A DNA stretch of 63,856 nucleotides, filler included, from Reclinomonas americana ATCC 50394 (GCA_048213135.1; 15 parts of 15 records of this genome joined end to end with filler, not necessarily neighbours in it); one strand, 5' to 3'; shown: positions 1-14,303, counted from the first letter of the whole stretch. The notes: generated by a model from the letters alone, not told the origin. Numbers and translations: made by a program.

Positions 1-122
1 GTTTACGGTTAACGTACCGTAACCGTAAACCGACCGAACCGTACGTACGTACGGTACGGTACCGTACGTACCGTACGTACGTCGTACCGTACCGTACCGT
101 ACCGTACCGTACCGTACCGTAC

Positions 123-250
<128 letters not shown>

Positions 251-259
251 AATCAAGGA

Positions 260-3200
260 GATGGTCAGCACCCGGCGGTCCAGGGCAGCACGAACAACTA
301 TGCGTGAACACGCAACTGCCGTCGTTGCACGAATACAGGCGGCCAGCAAAGAGCACGACTCCGAGCACAGAGAAGAACAGGTGGATGACACCGAGGCCGA
401 GTGCCAGCTGTGATCACACCCTCAAGGTCAGTGCCACGACAATGCTGCATGCCAGACAAGCAGCAATGCACACGCACCGGCAGCAGCTTCTTCATCGTCT
501 TGAAGAAACTCCGAATGATAAACTTGAACGATTCGAAGCGCGAAAAGAGCAAAAAGATGCGCAGGAACCGAGCCGCTCGCAGCATGCGCCCGATTTGTGA
601 GGCTTGTCCGGCGCTCGTAAGCGTCACCAGAATGCTGAGGTAGGCCAGTACGAGGATGAAAAACTCGAGGAAGTTCCAGCTGTTGTTGAAGTAGCCGTTC
701 GGACGAGGTGCGTTCTTGAGTGGCTTCTGATAGAATCCGTACGCCATAATCTTGAGGAGGAATTCGACGCTGAAGAAAATGACAAAGAGGTACTCGCTCA
801 AGCTGCGCGCGCATATGTGTGTGTGAGCGAGATGCCAACGCCCATCTCATGAAAAAGAGACTCGTGCAGACCTCAGACTCTTGACTTTGCCGGCGGCCTG
901 AATGCGCGGATCGTTGCCAGCCAACAGCACACAGTTTGCGATAATGAGCCCCGCCATGAACACCGGATACACGGCCAACGAGAAGCCATACTCGAAATCA
1001 GCCGTGATTGCCAGACGCCGCATTCGGAACCTCTCCACCTCCTCACCGACGGCGTCAAACGATGTGCCGGGTCGGAGCCAACTCGGCGACTGGGCCACTG
1101 CACACGAAAAGATGAAGAAGGTGAGGCGTCGACGTGGAGAACGCCGTGATTCATGGCGCAAGTACTACATACCTCTCACACGAGAACCGAGAGGAATGAG
1201 CCGTTTCGTGTCATCTACCGCGGCACCATGGAACTTGTACGTCTTGCCTCGCTGCAAACCGTCGACGCGGAATCGCACCATGCGGTTCCGTGGATGCAAC
1301 ACGAAGCGCTTCATCAGCACGCCATCGTGCAACACTCGCAGAATAATCTCCTCCGGCTGCGGCACATCTACGTGCGAGGCAAAATGCACCTCCACCGCCG
1401 TGTCACTCAGCTCCACGACTTGCATTCGATAGAGCCGCGACGACACAGCAGTGTTGCTTTCGTGAGCGTTTGCCGGACTGCCGCCATCTGTGCGTGAGGA
1501 GCGAATCAGTTAGCCAACGCCCCAGCAGCAAGCGAGCGACCACCTGCAATGTACCATCACGGGCGGCATTTTGCAAGAGCGCCTCGTTGGTCAAATCTCC
1601 CAGCTCAAGTCCTGCAAAGAGCACCCGCACACTCTCAGACAACCACTCTTACGCCGCCCACCACCTCATGTCATCACCACAGCGCACCTTTGTGGCGACG
1701 ACGCAGTCCGAGACGGAAGAGCAGCGCCAGCCGGCACCACAGACTGATGCGATTGCGATCAAAGCACCTGCGAGGCGAGAAAGAGATGTCAGCGACAGCG
1801 ACTCAGTGATCAATTCGGTGCATCAAGAGCACAGGACTGCTCACTCACGTCTCGCGATTGTGTGCGACCACAATGTCTTTGATACTTGTGACCGTGTCAG
1901 CGTCGGGTCCCTGGACGGCAGTTGAGGTACCAAGGTTGAAGCCACGCTGCGCGAGGCTCCCAAGCGCAGTGGAGGCGGTGGTGGGCGAGAGACGAATCGA
2001 CAGCCGGCTGCAGAGGCACGCCGATTAGAAAAATGCAAGTGCCTCACAGAGTTAGTTGTTCACACGAACGAACCGCATTGTTTGCCGGCGGGTCATGCTG
2101 CCGTCGTGCAGCTGCGCTTGGAACGCACGTCGACTCTGCTCTTCGCGACGAGCGCGCGAATCACTAGTGGTCGTTTGCTTTTGAATAATCTGCACGCGGT
2201 GTGAAGGCGGGTGAGAACCAGAAGCAACGGCAAGCACACGGCAGACAATACGAGCGGCGAACCCGTTTGAAGAATGAAGCCTGCGACAAGTCGTCGTCCA
2301 ACTCCTTGTTCTCGAATTCGTTCTCGTCGCCAAATGACTCGACAATCACGGCAATGACCAGCGACAGGATAATGTCTGCAAATGAGTGAGTCAGACAGAG
2401 TCGCGCATGTCACCAGTGAGGGTGGCCACCAACTCACAAGAGGAGAAAACCACAAAGGTGAAGAAGAACACAATGGCGCCCCAGCGACTCTCGGTGAGCA
2501 TTGTGGTCTGCCAGGTGGCGGCCCAGTTCTCTCCCGACAGCATGATCATCATGGTGATGAGCGACTGACTGAATCCGTCAAAGTTGTTCCGCATGGTGTC
2601 GTACGGCAGATTGATGGTGGCACTGTCGTCTCCGCCGTCGTCTCGTAGCCTCACTCGTCTTGCACTCCATTTGGAGAGTTGCTCCGAACCTGCCGATACA
2701 GAGACAGTCAGCGATCAAAGGAGGCACGCCAAGTCATGCGCGCGCCATCTCTCCGCACCTGGTAGAGTCACCGAGTACTGATTCTGAATCGAGTCCTCCG
2801 CCGACACACTGGGGTCCACAATCGGCAGCAGCAGCTGGTTTTGGAATAATGACATGCCCATGATGGCCCAGCAGATCAAAAAGTAGAACAGCACAATGAC
2901 ACTGCGAGTTGTTTTGCCACGCCGGTGAGCGACAAGTATGGGGGAGATAATGCGGGAAATAAAGTGTGAACGCAACACGTTGAACACGTCCTTGCGGTTG
3001 CCGAATGCACGCGACAGTACACGTCGCATAAAGCCAATGTATAGAGGCAAGAAGAGAATGCGGCAAGCGCGAATGGTGCCGGTGTATCGGCTATAAAACG
3101 TGAATGGGTTGACGAGGCCGCCTACGGCCACAATGACGCGGAGATCATTCACTGCCCGGTGCACGAGTCAGCTGAAGCCACGCAAGACATTGCGCATACA

Positions 3201-3380
3201 CGGGAAAGCCGCCATGCTCACCAAGGCTGCAATACGAAAATCCGTCAATGTAAAATCCAACAACGACGTCCGTGAAAAAGAACGCCGCAATGACGCCGTC
3301 TGGGTACCGAAGCGCATTGATTTGATCGGGACTCAGCCCTGCAGGCAGCAGTGAGCGACCACCATGAGACAAGCACAAGT

Positions 3381-3458
<78 letters not shown>

Positions 3459-5838
3459 CGTACGTAGGTACGTACGACGACGTACNNNNNNNNNNNNNNN
3501 NNNNNNNNNNNNNNNNNNNNNNNNNNNNNTTAATTAATTAANNNNNNNNNNNNNNNNNNNNNNNNNNNNNNNNNNNNNNNNNNNNTGGCGCCACCGGGAG
3601 GCTTGCACCAAGTTTGCGGTATGGAGACTAAGTAGCCTGGATTGTAAAAGCGCGTACTCATCCCACTGCCGTCGCCGCCTCCACCGTCGCCCCCTCCACC
3701 GTCATCACCCCCACTGTCAGTCCCGGGTGCCACAACTGCATCGCCAACGACGACATGAGCACCTCAGAAACTCACACTGCAAGAGAAACATGCGCAACTT
3801 CCTGGAATGTCGCTCGGTGGCGGATCCTGCAACGAGACGCCAGGCAGCACGCATCTTCTTTGCAGAGAGCCCATGAAGGGCGGAATGCCGAAGAGGATAA
3901 AGGCAAAAGTCACAAACAGCGTCATGGCCGCGATGGCGAGAAGCTGCGAGCGCGCCTGCCGGAAGCTGACAAACAGCAGGCGCAGCGCATTGAAGTAGCG
4001 GGCCAAGCGGAAGGGTCGGAAGCCGAGCGTCAGCACTAATATGTACGGATCGGTGTTCCACGTTCCCGGGAAATGAATGAGCCACGACAGCAACACGATC
4101 AACATGTCGGCCACTTGCAAACTGCTGGTGAAGAACTCGCGCAGACCGAAGCCGTAGATGCGCAGCAGGATTTCGAAACTGTGTGCGGAACAGACGATGG
4201 CGAGAACGCGTCAGCGCATGTGTGCGTGCGTGCACAGACCGCGAAGAGTGCACACTGACCTGCACAAGCCGTTCAGTACGAGATCCAAGATCATAACATT
4301 GTGGTCGAGTTGCGATGGATCCAACCACGCGGCGACACCCACACTCAGCGCTTGTATCACCGCAATAAACCAATAGAACCACCTGTAGGTGAATTGGAGT
4401 TGCGTGAGTGCGCGTGTCTGCGGCAAACTTGCCCGTCGGCAGCTGACGACGCAACCAGATTCCAGTCTCCGACTCAGGAGCCACCAAGTCAAGTACGAAT
4501 CGCCGCTTGAACCAGGAATTGTCGGCATTGGCTGGTCTGTACGGCGGCGCGAACACGTTTCCAATCTTCTCCTCGCCTGCATTGCATACGTGTGTGAGCC
4601 AACTCGACAACCGGACACGAAACACTCCAGCAGCGTCTCTCATCACCGTTGGCGCGCAAGCCGAGCGACAGCGGCTCACGTTGCAACCAGTCGGCATCCA
4701 GCAGTGGCGACGAGGTACCAAAGCCAGCCGACCCCGTGCCACTGGACGCCTCATCGGCGTCCTTCTTGGACGACGGGTACTTGGTGGGCGACATGATACG
4801 CGATCGCCGCATCGGCCTCTGCTCCATCTGCTGCCTGCGCATAAAGTCGGCGCGCTCCGTGGGCGGCACCAGCAGCGCATTCGGTTGCCGCCGGAAACGC
4901 GGCGATCCTGGTCGCACCGGCGACAGGGCACCCGATTGCGATCCGGTCTCCAGCGCCGTGCGGAAGGCCAAACCCGGTCGTGTCGGCCGCACCTCATTCG
5001 ATCGCGGCGACAGCACACTGACACGCCGTCGCCTACGCGCAGCTGCCGCCGCCGCATCATCCACACCATCAGGTGAGTTGCTGATCGAGTCCGGTGTCGA
5101 CGAGCGCAACGACGAGCGCGATCCACTGCGTTTGAGCGGCGACGGAGGCCGATGCACTCCGCTGCCACTATCTTCCTGCTCCTCCTCCTCCTCGTCCACA
5201 GAGACGCCAGAGTCGACGCTCTCCAGATCCTCCAGAGAAATGCTCTCCAGTGCGACAGGCGCCGAACGCGCGACAGCAGGCAAACGCGGTGGGGCGCGCA
5301 GAGATGGGTGGAGGACAGGCGGTGCAAAGGAAGGCGCGCGAAGCAGCGCCAGCCCTCGAAGGTGTGCTCCACCTTGCGCCATCTAGAAGAGGCAGAGAGA
5401 GAGAAGAGAGAGGGAGAGATTGAGAATCACAATCTCACACACACACACTCTCTCTCTCGTACACACAATCACACACTCTCTCTCGTACACATGCACACAC
5501 ACACACACACACACACGCACACACACACTCTCTCTCCTCCCCCTCTCATGCACACACACAGACATGACACTTTTGTGCGCAACTGGCGAGGGAAACACCG
5601 GCTGCGGTGTTCTCACTCTCTGTGCTTGCCTCTCTTGCACAGGCTCGTCCCTCTCGTCATCATCATCATCGTGTGAGACAGGCGAGGGAGTGCCGGCGCT
5701 GATCACATCGTCGATTCCATACTCCTCATCTTCACTGGGTTCCTCCTCGTGTTCTACCACTCCTCTGCTGCTGCTGCTGTTGTTGCTGGGTAGGATGGGT
5801 GGAGGTGGAAGTGGCGCGCGGCGTCTCTCACCGCTCAT
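260..5838 (-). CDS. Multi-exon voltage-gated Ca2+/Na+ channel alpha-subunit-like protein (domains I-III visible, 3' end runs off the contig; spans gap at 3486-3585)
   Basis: Ion_trans motifs in separate exons: FEILLRIYGFG..FFTSSLQVADMLIV and S4-like LGFRPFRLARYF (domain I); pore loop NNFDGFSQSLITMMIMLSGENW and S6 ILSLVIAVIVESF (domain II); FSVEFLLKIMAYGFY..YFNNSWNFLEFFIL and RMLRAARFLRIF (domain III). GT..AG introns between exons; candidate ATG at 5838. Confidence 0.85.
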
Positions 5839-5911
5839 TCTCTCTCTCGCGTGAGTGTCTCTTTTTCACATCTGGACACGGGACATAGACAAGTCGCATT
5901 GTTTATATTGA

Positions 5912-8900
5912 TCAACATCTAGTGCCGAACTGGTGGCCGCGCATGCTGCAGACGGGAGAATGCAGTGAGAAAAACGTGGATGAATCACAGCGAGAGGATG
6001 ACGAGTGCTGCTGACCTCAGTGTGCTCAGAGGGACCGGGTAGTCCAACGGGCCAGGCTGCTTCGGTGGCTCCGGCTCCGCCAGGCGTCCTGCCAGTGACA
6101 TGCTCGGACCTGGCGACGGCGGCCGCACATCGTCTGCATGCACACAACACATTGGCAGCGTTAGAAGAGAGGCGCACTGACTAATCTTCATGCGATGACT
6201 GGACGACGCACAAGTGCCAGGCCCAGGAATCTCGTCGACAGGATCGGTCAGCCGCTGGCCAAAGGTGAATCCGCCACTGGACTTGCGCAGAGTGGGATCG
6301 TACTGGCCTGGTCCAGGTGCATCCTCCGCCGGATCTGCAGCACGACAGTAATCGTCAGCACCGAGAAAAGTAGGCGATACGTGGCCATCACTGGCACATA
6401 CCATGCACTGGCAACCGAGCACCAAACGAATACGCTGGAGGACTGCGCAACGTGCCGTCCACCGTCGGCCTGTTCCCAGCGCCATGAGTCACACACATAG
6501 CATCTCGGCAAGGAAACAGTGGAGCAAGAACACTCACGAGTACGCAGTGGGCGGTGGAGCACAGGAGTCTTCAGCCCACGCAAGGCGCGGCGCAATCGTG
6601 AACGCCGGACCTGACTCTCGTCGTCTCGGATCGTACGCTCCCTGTAGGCACGACTCATAAGCGACCAAGCCGCAGTGCAGTGCAATGCAGCATTACTGGA
6701 CAGCAAACACACCGGTCCAACAGGGCTGCCTTCGGACTCCGGAACTGCAGCAAGTAACGTACCGCCTTGTCAGCCAATGCATTCACGCGCACTTTACGCG
6801 GCAAAGCAGACGCAACGATCGTAGCGGGGTGCCATGGTATATGCTGGTGGTGCAGGCTTCACCAACTTCACCGACGGCGAGTACGACGCCGGATTGACCA
6901 TCGTGTCTGGATCGGCCTCCGGCAACCTCTGTCCGAACGAGAACTTGGGTCCATCAGGCTTCGCCTTCGGATCGTAATCGCCAGGGCCAGCAGTTGTCTC
7001 CACATGATCCTCTGTAGTAACAGAAGACAGCGAGTGAGCGAAATGCACACACGAGACACAACACAGACACAAACAAACCTGGTCTGCCGTACAGCGAGAA
7101 TGCTGGTCCCTCACGCTTTGGCTTGACATCGTAGTGACCAGGTCCGGGTCTGTCATCCTCCGGCTCGGGCAACCTCTGTCCAAACGAGAACTTGGGTCCG
7201 TCGGGCTTCACCTTCGGATCGTAATCGCCAGGACCAGCAGTTGTCTCCACATGGTCCTCTGTAGCAACAGAAGACAGCAAGTGAGCGAAATGGAACGCAC
7301 AGACACAGCAACAAACAAAAACAAACCTGGTCGGCCATACAGCGAGAATGCTGGTCCCTCGCGCTTCGGATTGACATCATAGTGACCAGGTCCGGGTCTG
7401 TCATCCTCCTGCTCCGGCAACCTCTGTCCAAACGAGAACTTGGGTCCGTCGGGCTTGACATTCGGGTTGTAGNNNNNNNNNNNNNNNNNNNNNNNNNNNN
7501 NNNNNNNNNNNNNNNNTTAATTAATTAANNNNNNNNNNNNNNNNNNNNNNNNNNNNNNNNNNNNNNNNNNNNGCGCTTCGGCTTGACATCGTAGTGACCA
7601 GGTCCAGGTCTGTCATCCTCCGGCTCCGGCAACCGCTGTCCCATGGAGAACTTGGGTCCGTCGGGCTTGGTGACCGGGCTGTAATCGCCAGGACCGGCGG
7701 TCGTCTCCACGTGGTCCTCTGCAAAAGACGACAGAGAGTGAGCGAAATGAGTCACACGAGACACAGCAAGACGCAAACAAACCTGGCCTGCCGTACAGCG
7801 AGAACGCTGGTCCCTCACGCTTCGGATTGACGTCGTAGTGGCCAGGTCCAGGTCTGTCATCCTCCTGCTCCGGCAGGCGCTGTCCCATGGAGAACTTGGG
7901 TCCGTCGGGCTTGGTGATCGGGCTGTAGTCGCCAGGGCCGACGTCAATCCTGTCGACAGCTGTTGCATTTTCACACAACGACTTGTCAGCAAACAAATTT
8001 CAACACAGATCTCGCACCACGACACAAGACGCAACGATCCACAACACGACCACTCAGACTGTACCGAGGGCCCGCAGGCTTCGTAAAGTCAACCTTGGGG
8101 CTGTACGCAGTTGCACTCGGACCGGTCGGCGACGTTTCCTCCAGGCGACGTCCCAGGCTGAATGCTGGACCAGCGCCAGCTGACGGAATGTCGTCTACGC
8201 GTAGTTCACAAGTGAGTAGCGTGAAACTCACACAGTCTTCTGTCGATGTAGCCAAAGATCTGCTGGACGCAACAATAGCCCGGTGTCTCGTCGGCGTACT
8301 GCGGGAGGCGACCCAACAGCGAATACTGTGGTGGTGCAGGCTTCGTGAGATCGACCTTGGGAGAGTATGCTGTGGCGCCTGGTCCATCGGAAACGTCGTC
8401 GCGATCAATGCGTGCACCAAGCGAGAAGGCAGGTCCATCTCGTGGCAACTTGGGATCATCTGCAAGCCAGCGAATGAGACCACGTCATGAATGAGGAGAT
8501 GCGACAAACACAACGACGCACATGATCCAGGGCCAATCTCAACATCCGGACGCGCTGTGCACAGACAACAACCTCGAGGTGAGCTACAGTGCGTCCACGG
8601 CGACGGCAACGATGGGAAACAGGCTGCACACGCAACGTTCGGGCAGTCGACCATGAAGCGCCACCTTTGCCGAGGACGGTCTTGTCAAATCATGCTTCGG
8701 CGAGTACGCCGTCACAGGCGGCACCTCCGGTGACTAATTTTCGTACATGGGAATGAGAATGCCATCACACGCAGACACATACAGACGGATGAACATGATA
8801 CGCACCCGCTCACGCTCCGGCCGGGCACCCAGAGAAAAGGCTGGTGCTGCGCGACGCACAGGTGACGAGTTCGGGTTATATGCCGTCGGTGCCGGAGTGG

Positions 8901-11900
8901 TCACGTCCGGCTCCTGCTCGATGCGACGGCCAAGTGAGAACTTGGGAGCGCTGCCGATGGTGCTCTTGACGGCATCTAAAAAAGGCATACGTTCAAGATA
9001 AATGAGGAACAAACTTCGGATAAGGATTGCACACAGGGACTCCACGCAACAGGAGCCGGGGCCAGGGGCAGGCGAAGAAGCTGGACACACATACACACAC
9101 GCACACAAGCGACGACCCAGTCAGACCAACACAGTACAAGACGCAGAACAAAACGGTGTCGACGACATGACGCACGATCCATCATTGGACGACCAACGCA
9201 GTGGCACGGATTGTGACGACGAAGTGGGCTCGGGCTGCTGGTGTTTCGTCCACCGACAAACTCACGGCGAGCAAACATGGGGCCGGAGAGGTCAATTCCC
9301 CGAGAACGCGCGCTGGGCGACGCGGAAGACCGATTCGCCGACGGCGAGCGCGCTGCCGACTTGGGCCGACCAGCCTCGGGCGAAGTCACACCACCATTGG
9401 CGGCTGCGGATGGCGGGCGAGGCGCAGGCGAGCGTGCAGACGAACGCGAAGCAGACGGCGGTCGATTCACAGTTGGCGAAGCGCGACGCATCGGCGACGC
9501 AGGAGATCCCTTGCTGCTGCTGTTGGGAGCGCGTGGCACCCGCGCAGGCATTCCCGGCGGCGATCGCACGTCCGACGGGGGAAGCGGCGGATACACAACT
9601 GTCGACGGCTGACTTGCACCCTGCGACCGCGACGATGTGTCGTTGGTCGCCGAGGAGCCACTGGCCATGGACGCTGTTCGCTGCTTGGTGCTGGGCGAAG
9701 CAGCGCGACCGGCCGACATGGATCGCGCGTGCGGTGACTGCGGATTGCGCCGAACGGGCTCCACTGGCTGCACCGGGGCAGGCGGCGTGGCAGCCGTCTG
9801 CGGACGCGGCTTGTTCACAATGGTGCCTGCAGTAATAGGTGACCGGGATGCCGGTGGAGAAGTGCGGCGTGGCTGCGTCGGGGCCGGCATCGGCGACACC
9901 GTCTTGGCAGACTGCAAAAACAAAGTCAGCGGCGGCCACAGCGTGGCAACAACCAAATAGAGAAGCGAGAGAACACACACCGGGGGCGAGGAAGCGGAGG
10001 CGACCTTGGCCGGTGTGAAGCGGAAAGTTGCGGTCGTGCCGGTCTTCGGAGGCGACGACTTGGGCGGCGATGACTTGGGCGGCGTCTGCTGCGAAGATGG
10101 TTCCTGCGTGAACCAACGCACCCCGTCAGTCGTGACATCATCGATTGTTCTTCTCTGTGACACACACACACACACTCACCGGCGAGCCATACGACTTGTT
10201 TCGCAGTTCCTCAATGCGTGAGCGCACCGACGCAGAAATTGGTCCACCAGAAGAACGGCGCTGCAATGGATGGACACAACAGTGAGACTCACACAGACCC
10301 ACTTGAGGTGATCGACAGTGAGAACAACACACCGAGACGGACGTCTGCGAGGGAGGGGAGCGTTGTGGTGGCGACCCCGCCTGCGGGACTGGAGCGCGCA
10401 CCGCAGGCTCCACAGTCACTGGGGCGACAGGTGCAACAGGTGCTGCCGGAGCAACAGGCGTGGGCTGCGCGACCACTGCTGGTGGGCTCGGCTGCTCCCG
10501 CACAGGCGACACGGTACCAGAAAGCGGCGACTGCACCAGACACAAAGGTGAGCATGCAAACTGAGGTGACATTACGCGGACACTTCTAAGGACGCACAGC
10601 TGTCGCGGATCGCGCTCCCGACACGGTTTTCCAGCCCAGACGATTATCCGGCTGCGCAGCCACAGCAATTAGACAGCAGAGCATTCAAATCTCACCAATC
10701 GATCATAGACGCACCGACGTGCTCCGGTCACGCTCCTGTTGCCGAGGTGACACTGTCCTCCATTCACCCTGTTCGCTTGTTTTTTTAGCACACGCCAACA
10801 TCATTCTACTTTTCAGACATGGAGTAAGACGCAACATCCGCCCTGGGAGAGTTGCTGCGGCGTGGCGATGCTTCGTTTGGCGACAACAGCGACGGCGGAG
10901 AGGCGAGAAGGTGGGGCGGGGACGCTGCAGACGACACTGCAGGTGGTGAAGACCGAGTCGACGTCTCAGAGGACTGAGTCTGCAGGTCAAAACGATACGC
11001 GTGAGAGCTTGCATCTCCACAGCCACTCGGGTCTACGCACAAAAATGAGAGTGGTCCGCACAGTCTCCTTGGACGTGAAGCGAGTCGTGGTTGTCATGTT
11101 GACCACTGTCGAGACTGAAGAGCCTGTCGTTTCCTTTGGCGGAGACTCAGCAGCGCCCGGCGCGGCCTCGGCAGGGGTCTCGGTAAGCGTGGGCAGCGGC
11201 TCGGCCACTTGACGCTTCACAGGCGTGATCGAATCGCGCGGGCTCCGCTCCGCAGGCGCCAACTGTGGCAACCGACCCGGCAACGGAGCACTCTCCTTGA
11301 CAACAGGCTGCGATTTCTCCTCCATCACCACAACCTCCGGCGTCTGTGACCGCCAAACAAGCAGGGATGATGAGCGAGGAAACATGGTGAAAAAAAGAAG
11401 CATCTGACTGACAGCACGGATGAACCTGAGGCATGGCTCGCGGCGGCGGTCGGTTGACGTACGTTTCGCCCGCGACAGGAGTCCGAATCTCTCGCTCCTC
11501 CGTCATGGTGATAACGGTGACAAGGACTTCTCGCATGTGCGGTCTGCAGGTGAAGACGGCGCGTCTATTTAGCTGATAGACCCCAGAACAACAGCAAAGC
11601 ACCACTGAGGCTGCGCACTTCATCTCCTGAATCGACACTGCACCAACACCTTGCACGTCAAGCTCCTCAAACTCTGCGCGTACGTACACACACAGTCATC
11701 AGCATTCAGCGACGCGAGTGACGTGCGCAATGCACTCTCGTGCGACAATGACAAGTGCACTCAACGAATCTCCAACTCGTCATCAGCAGGCATGCGCTCG
11801 GCCGGTACTTGCAAGTTCGAGTAGTACTCACGCATGGTCTGGCCAAGACGGATGTCGGTCGGTGAGCAACGAATGACGAGGAGCACTCCATGTGAGCAGA

Positions 11901-14303
11901 GAGCACGTCAAAACCTTCTTGAATTCGGGTCGACCCAACGGCACCGAGGGTTGTGCGGCCGCGGCGCGGTACGTGCGTTGCACGAGACGGTCAAAGCGAG
12001 CCTCGTCTTCCAGCATACTGCGTAGAATGGTCGACGGTCGAGGCAGGCTGCTTTCCTCGCCAGTGGCGATGGCCGATGGCGGTGAGCGAGCATGCGGTGG
12101 CGACGGCTGCCATGCGTGAGCAAACAAACACTTGTGTGAGACGCGCGCGGCGCTAAAACACATCAAAACAGCAACGGTCGAGCACCTGTGTCTGCTGTGC
12201 TTGCGGCGGAGAGCCGTACGTCTGCGACAGCGAGCGCACCTTCTCCGAACCAGGCGACGCACCAGATGCACCAGCAGTCGTGTCGCTACCCGTGCTTCCA
12301 GAGCGGAACTGGCGAGCAGCATCCTCCACCACCTCGTGCGGAATCACAGGTGGCGCGGTGGGAACCGCAGCATGTGATCCCTCGACTGCGCCCTGCTCAA
12401 AGGCCTTGGCCAACTCGGCCACACGACGACCGGGAGACACCATCTCCACTGAGCCCTCGGTGGAGCGCGCAGAGAGCGGGAGCGACGGCGAACTGCGCGA
12501 CTCGAAGCTTTGCGCCAACTGCGGCACTCGGCTACCCGACGGCGGCGACGTCTTGGTGTCGGCACCCGCCTGTGTGCTGGGTGGCACTGGAGATGCCGAC
12601 GATTGGAATGAGTGAGCGAGTTGTGAGACACGCGAGCCACCGGCGGCGTGATGCTCCACCACCGTCATGTGGGACACATTCAGCGTGTCGGTGGATGTCA
12701 CTGACGAGAAGGACGTCTCGGCCTGTGCGCGCAACGTGAGGAGGGGTAGGCAGGCAGGCAGGCAGGGAGGTGAGACGACAAGACTGACCGTGTCCACGTT
12801 CGACTGCTGGAACAGGGCTCGCTTCTCGTTGAACGAGAGGTACTGCGGTGATAGCGGGGTATCCGCGGCAGCGCCCTTGCCGTGCTGCGGTGCCTCGGCT
12901 TCCACCGAGATTGGCGCGGGTGCCTCCACCACCGCCACTTCTTCTTCTACTTCTTCTTCCTCCTCCTCGCCTTCGCCCTCCTCGTCGTCGCCTGCATCGC
13001 CTTGCGGTTCCACACCGTCGCGGCTGTACGAGCGATCGGTCTGGTACCACTCCGCAATCTGTTCCATCTGCTCCTCTATGCTCTCCAGATCACGCGTGGC
13101 CTGCTCCAACACCTCTCGCATGTGCGGTCTGAACTCCTCGACCGTGAGGCGTCCGTGATTGTGCACGTCGAGGTGACGGAATTCTGCTCGCAATGACGTG
13201 TGTGTGAGAAGGGAAGGGAGACGAGAAAAGAACGCACAGAGAATGACGCAACTCTCCTCCAGTGCTTCTTCTGTCGGAAACTGTGATCGCGGAAGATGCA
13301 GATGCGCACAAAAGCCGTGCATCATCTGACAACACACCACATCGTGTCAGCACGCACAACAATCACGCAAATCGACACACGAAGACGAAACCTCGGCAAA
13401 CTCGGAGAGCGACACGGAACCCGACGCATCGACATCGACGGCGCGGAAGTGTCGCTGCACCACCTCATCGAATCGCTCATCGTCCTCCAGCACCCCACGC
13501 AGCATCACCGACAGCCGCGGAGTCGTAAACGGAGCATCCTCCTCCACATCTCCCGCTGCGGCCGTCGTGGGAACGTCTACAACAGGCGGCAACGCAGCAG
13601 GTGCCTGCGCGCAGCAACCAACAACAAAAACAAACCAAACTGACATTCAATTTCACGAACAAGGGCATGACATGCACTCAGCGACTCTCTCGCTCTCTCT
13701 TCTCCCCAACTATCACTGTTGTTCCGAACATGAACACACAGAGAGAGACACACATACAGATGTGCATGGCACACAAAGAGAGAGAGAGAGAGCGCGCGCG
13801 CGCAACGAAAAAAGTGTGCCATGGCGCGAAAAACACAAACTAACCACACACACACGCGCACTCACACACAAAGCGAATCTGGCAAATCGCATGCATGCAA
13901 CCCAATGTGCACACGAGTGAAAGACGACAGCAGTGCGTGTGTGTGCGTGTGTGTGTGTGTGTGCAAGAGTGAGAGAGAGAGAACAGCAACTCCCTCTGCG
14001 AAATGGATATCGATCATGACAGCCTCGCCGCCACCGCTGCTGCTCACTCTCACGCACACACACGCACAGACCAAGGCACATGGACACACACACGCAGAGA
14101 GACACAGACAGAGAGAAAGAAAGCGAAGTGACATTGCGCCATGAAAACACACACACACACGCACACACTTGCAAACGCGCACTCACCGAGGCAGAGCCAC
14201 TTGCATCTCCATCAGAAGCCGAGCCAGCCGCAGCCGCAGTCGACTTTTGCTGCGACTGCTTGTTCTTCTTCTTGGCACTTCCACTCTTCTTCTTCTTGCC
14301 CAT
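5912..14303 (-). CDS. Large multi-exon protein: Lys-rich N-terminus, two EF-hand-pair modules, long Pro/Ser-rich linker, C-terminal PGPGxY (SHIPPO/ODF3/STPG) repeats; may be one gene or two
   Basis: ATG 14303 (MGKKKKSG). EF-hand loops DVDASGSVSLSEF, DVHNHGRLTVEEF, DVQGVGAVSIQEM. Many repeats such as PGPGHYDVKPKREGPAFSLYGR and GPGATAYSPKV at 5.9-9.1 kb. Inferred last exon ends MRGHQFGTRC* (TGA at 5912-5914). Confidence 0.7.
6900..7950 (-). repeat. Tandem exon+intron unit (~240 bp) encoding PGP repeats, at least 4 copies, interrupted by an assembly gap
   Basis: Near-identical exons EDHVETTAGPGDY..DGPKFS.GQRLPE.EDDRPGPGHYDV.PKREGPAFSLYGRP, each followed by a similar GTTTGT..CAG intron. Confidence 0.9.
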
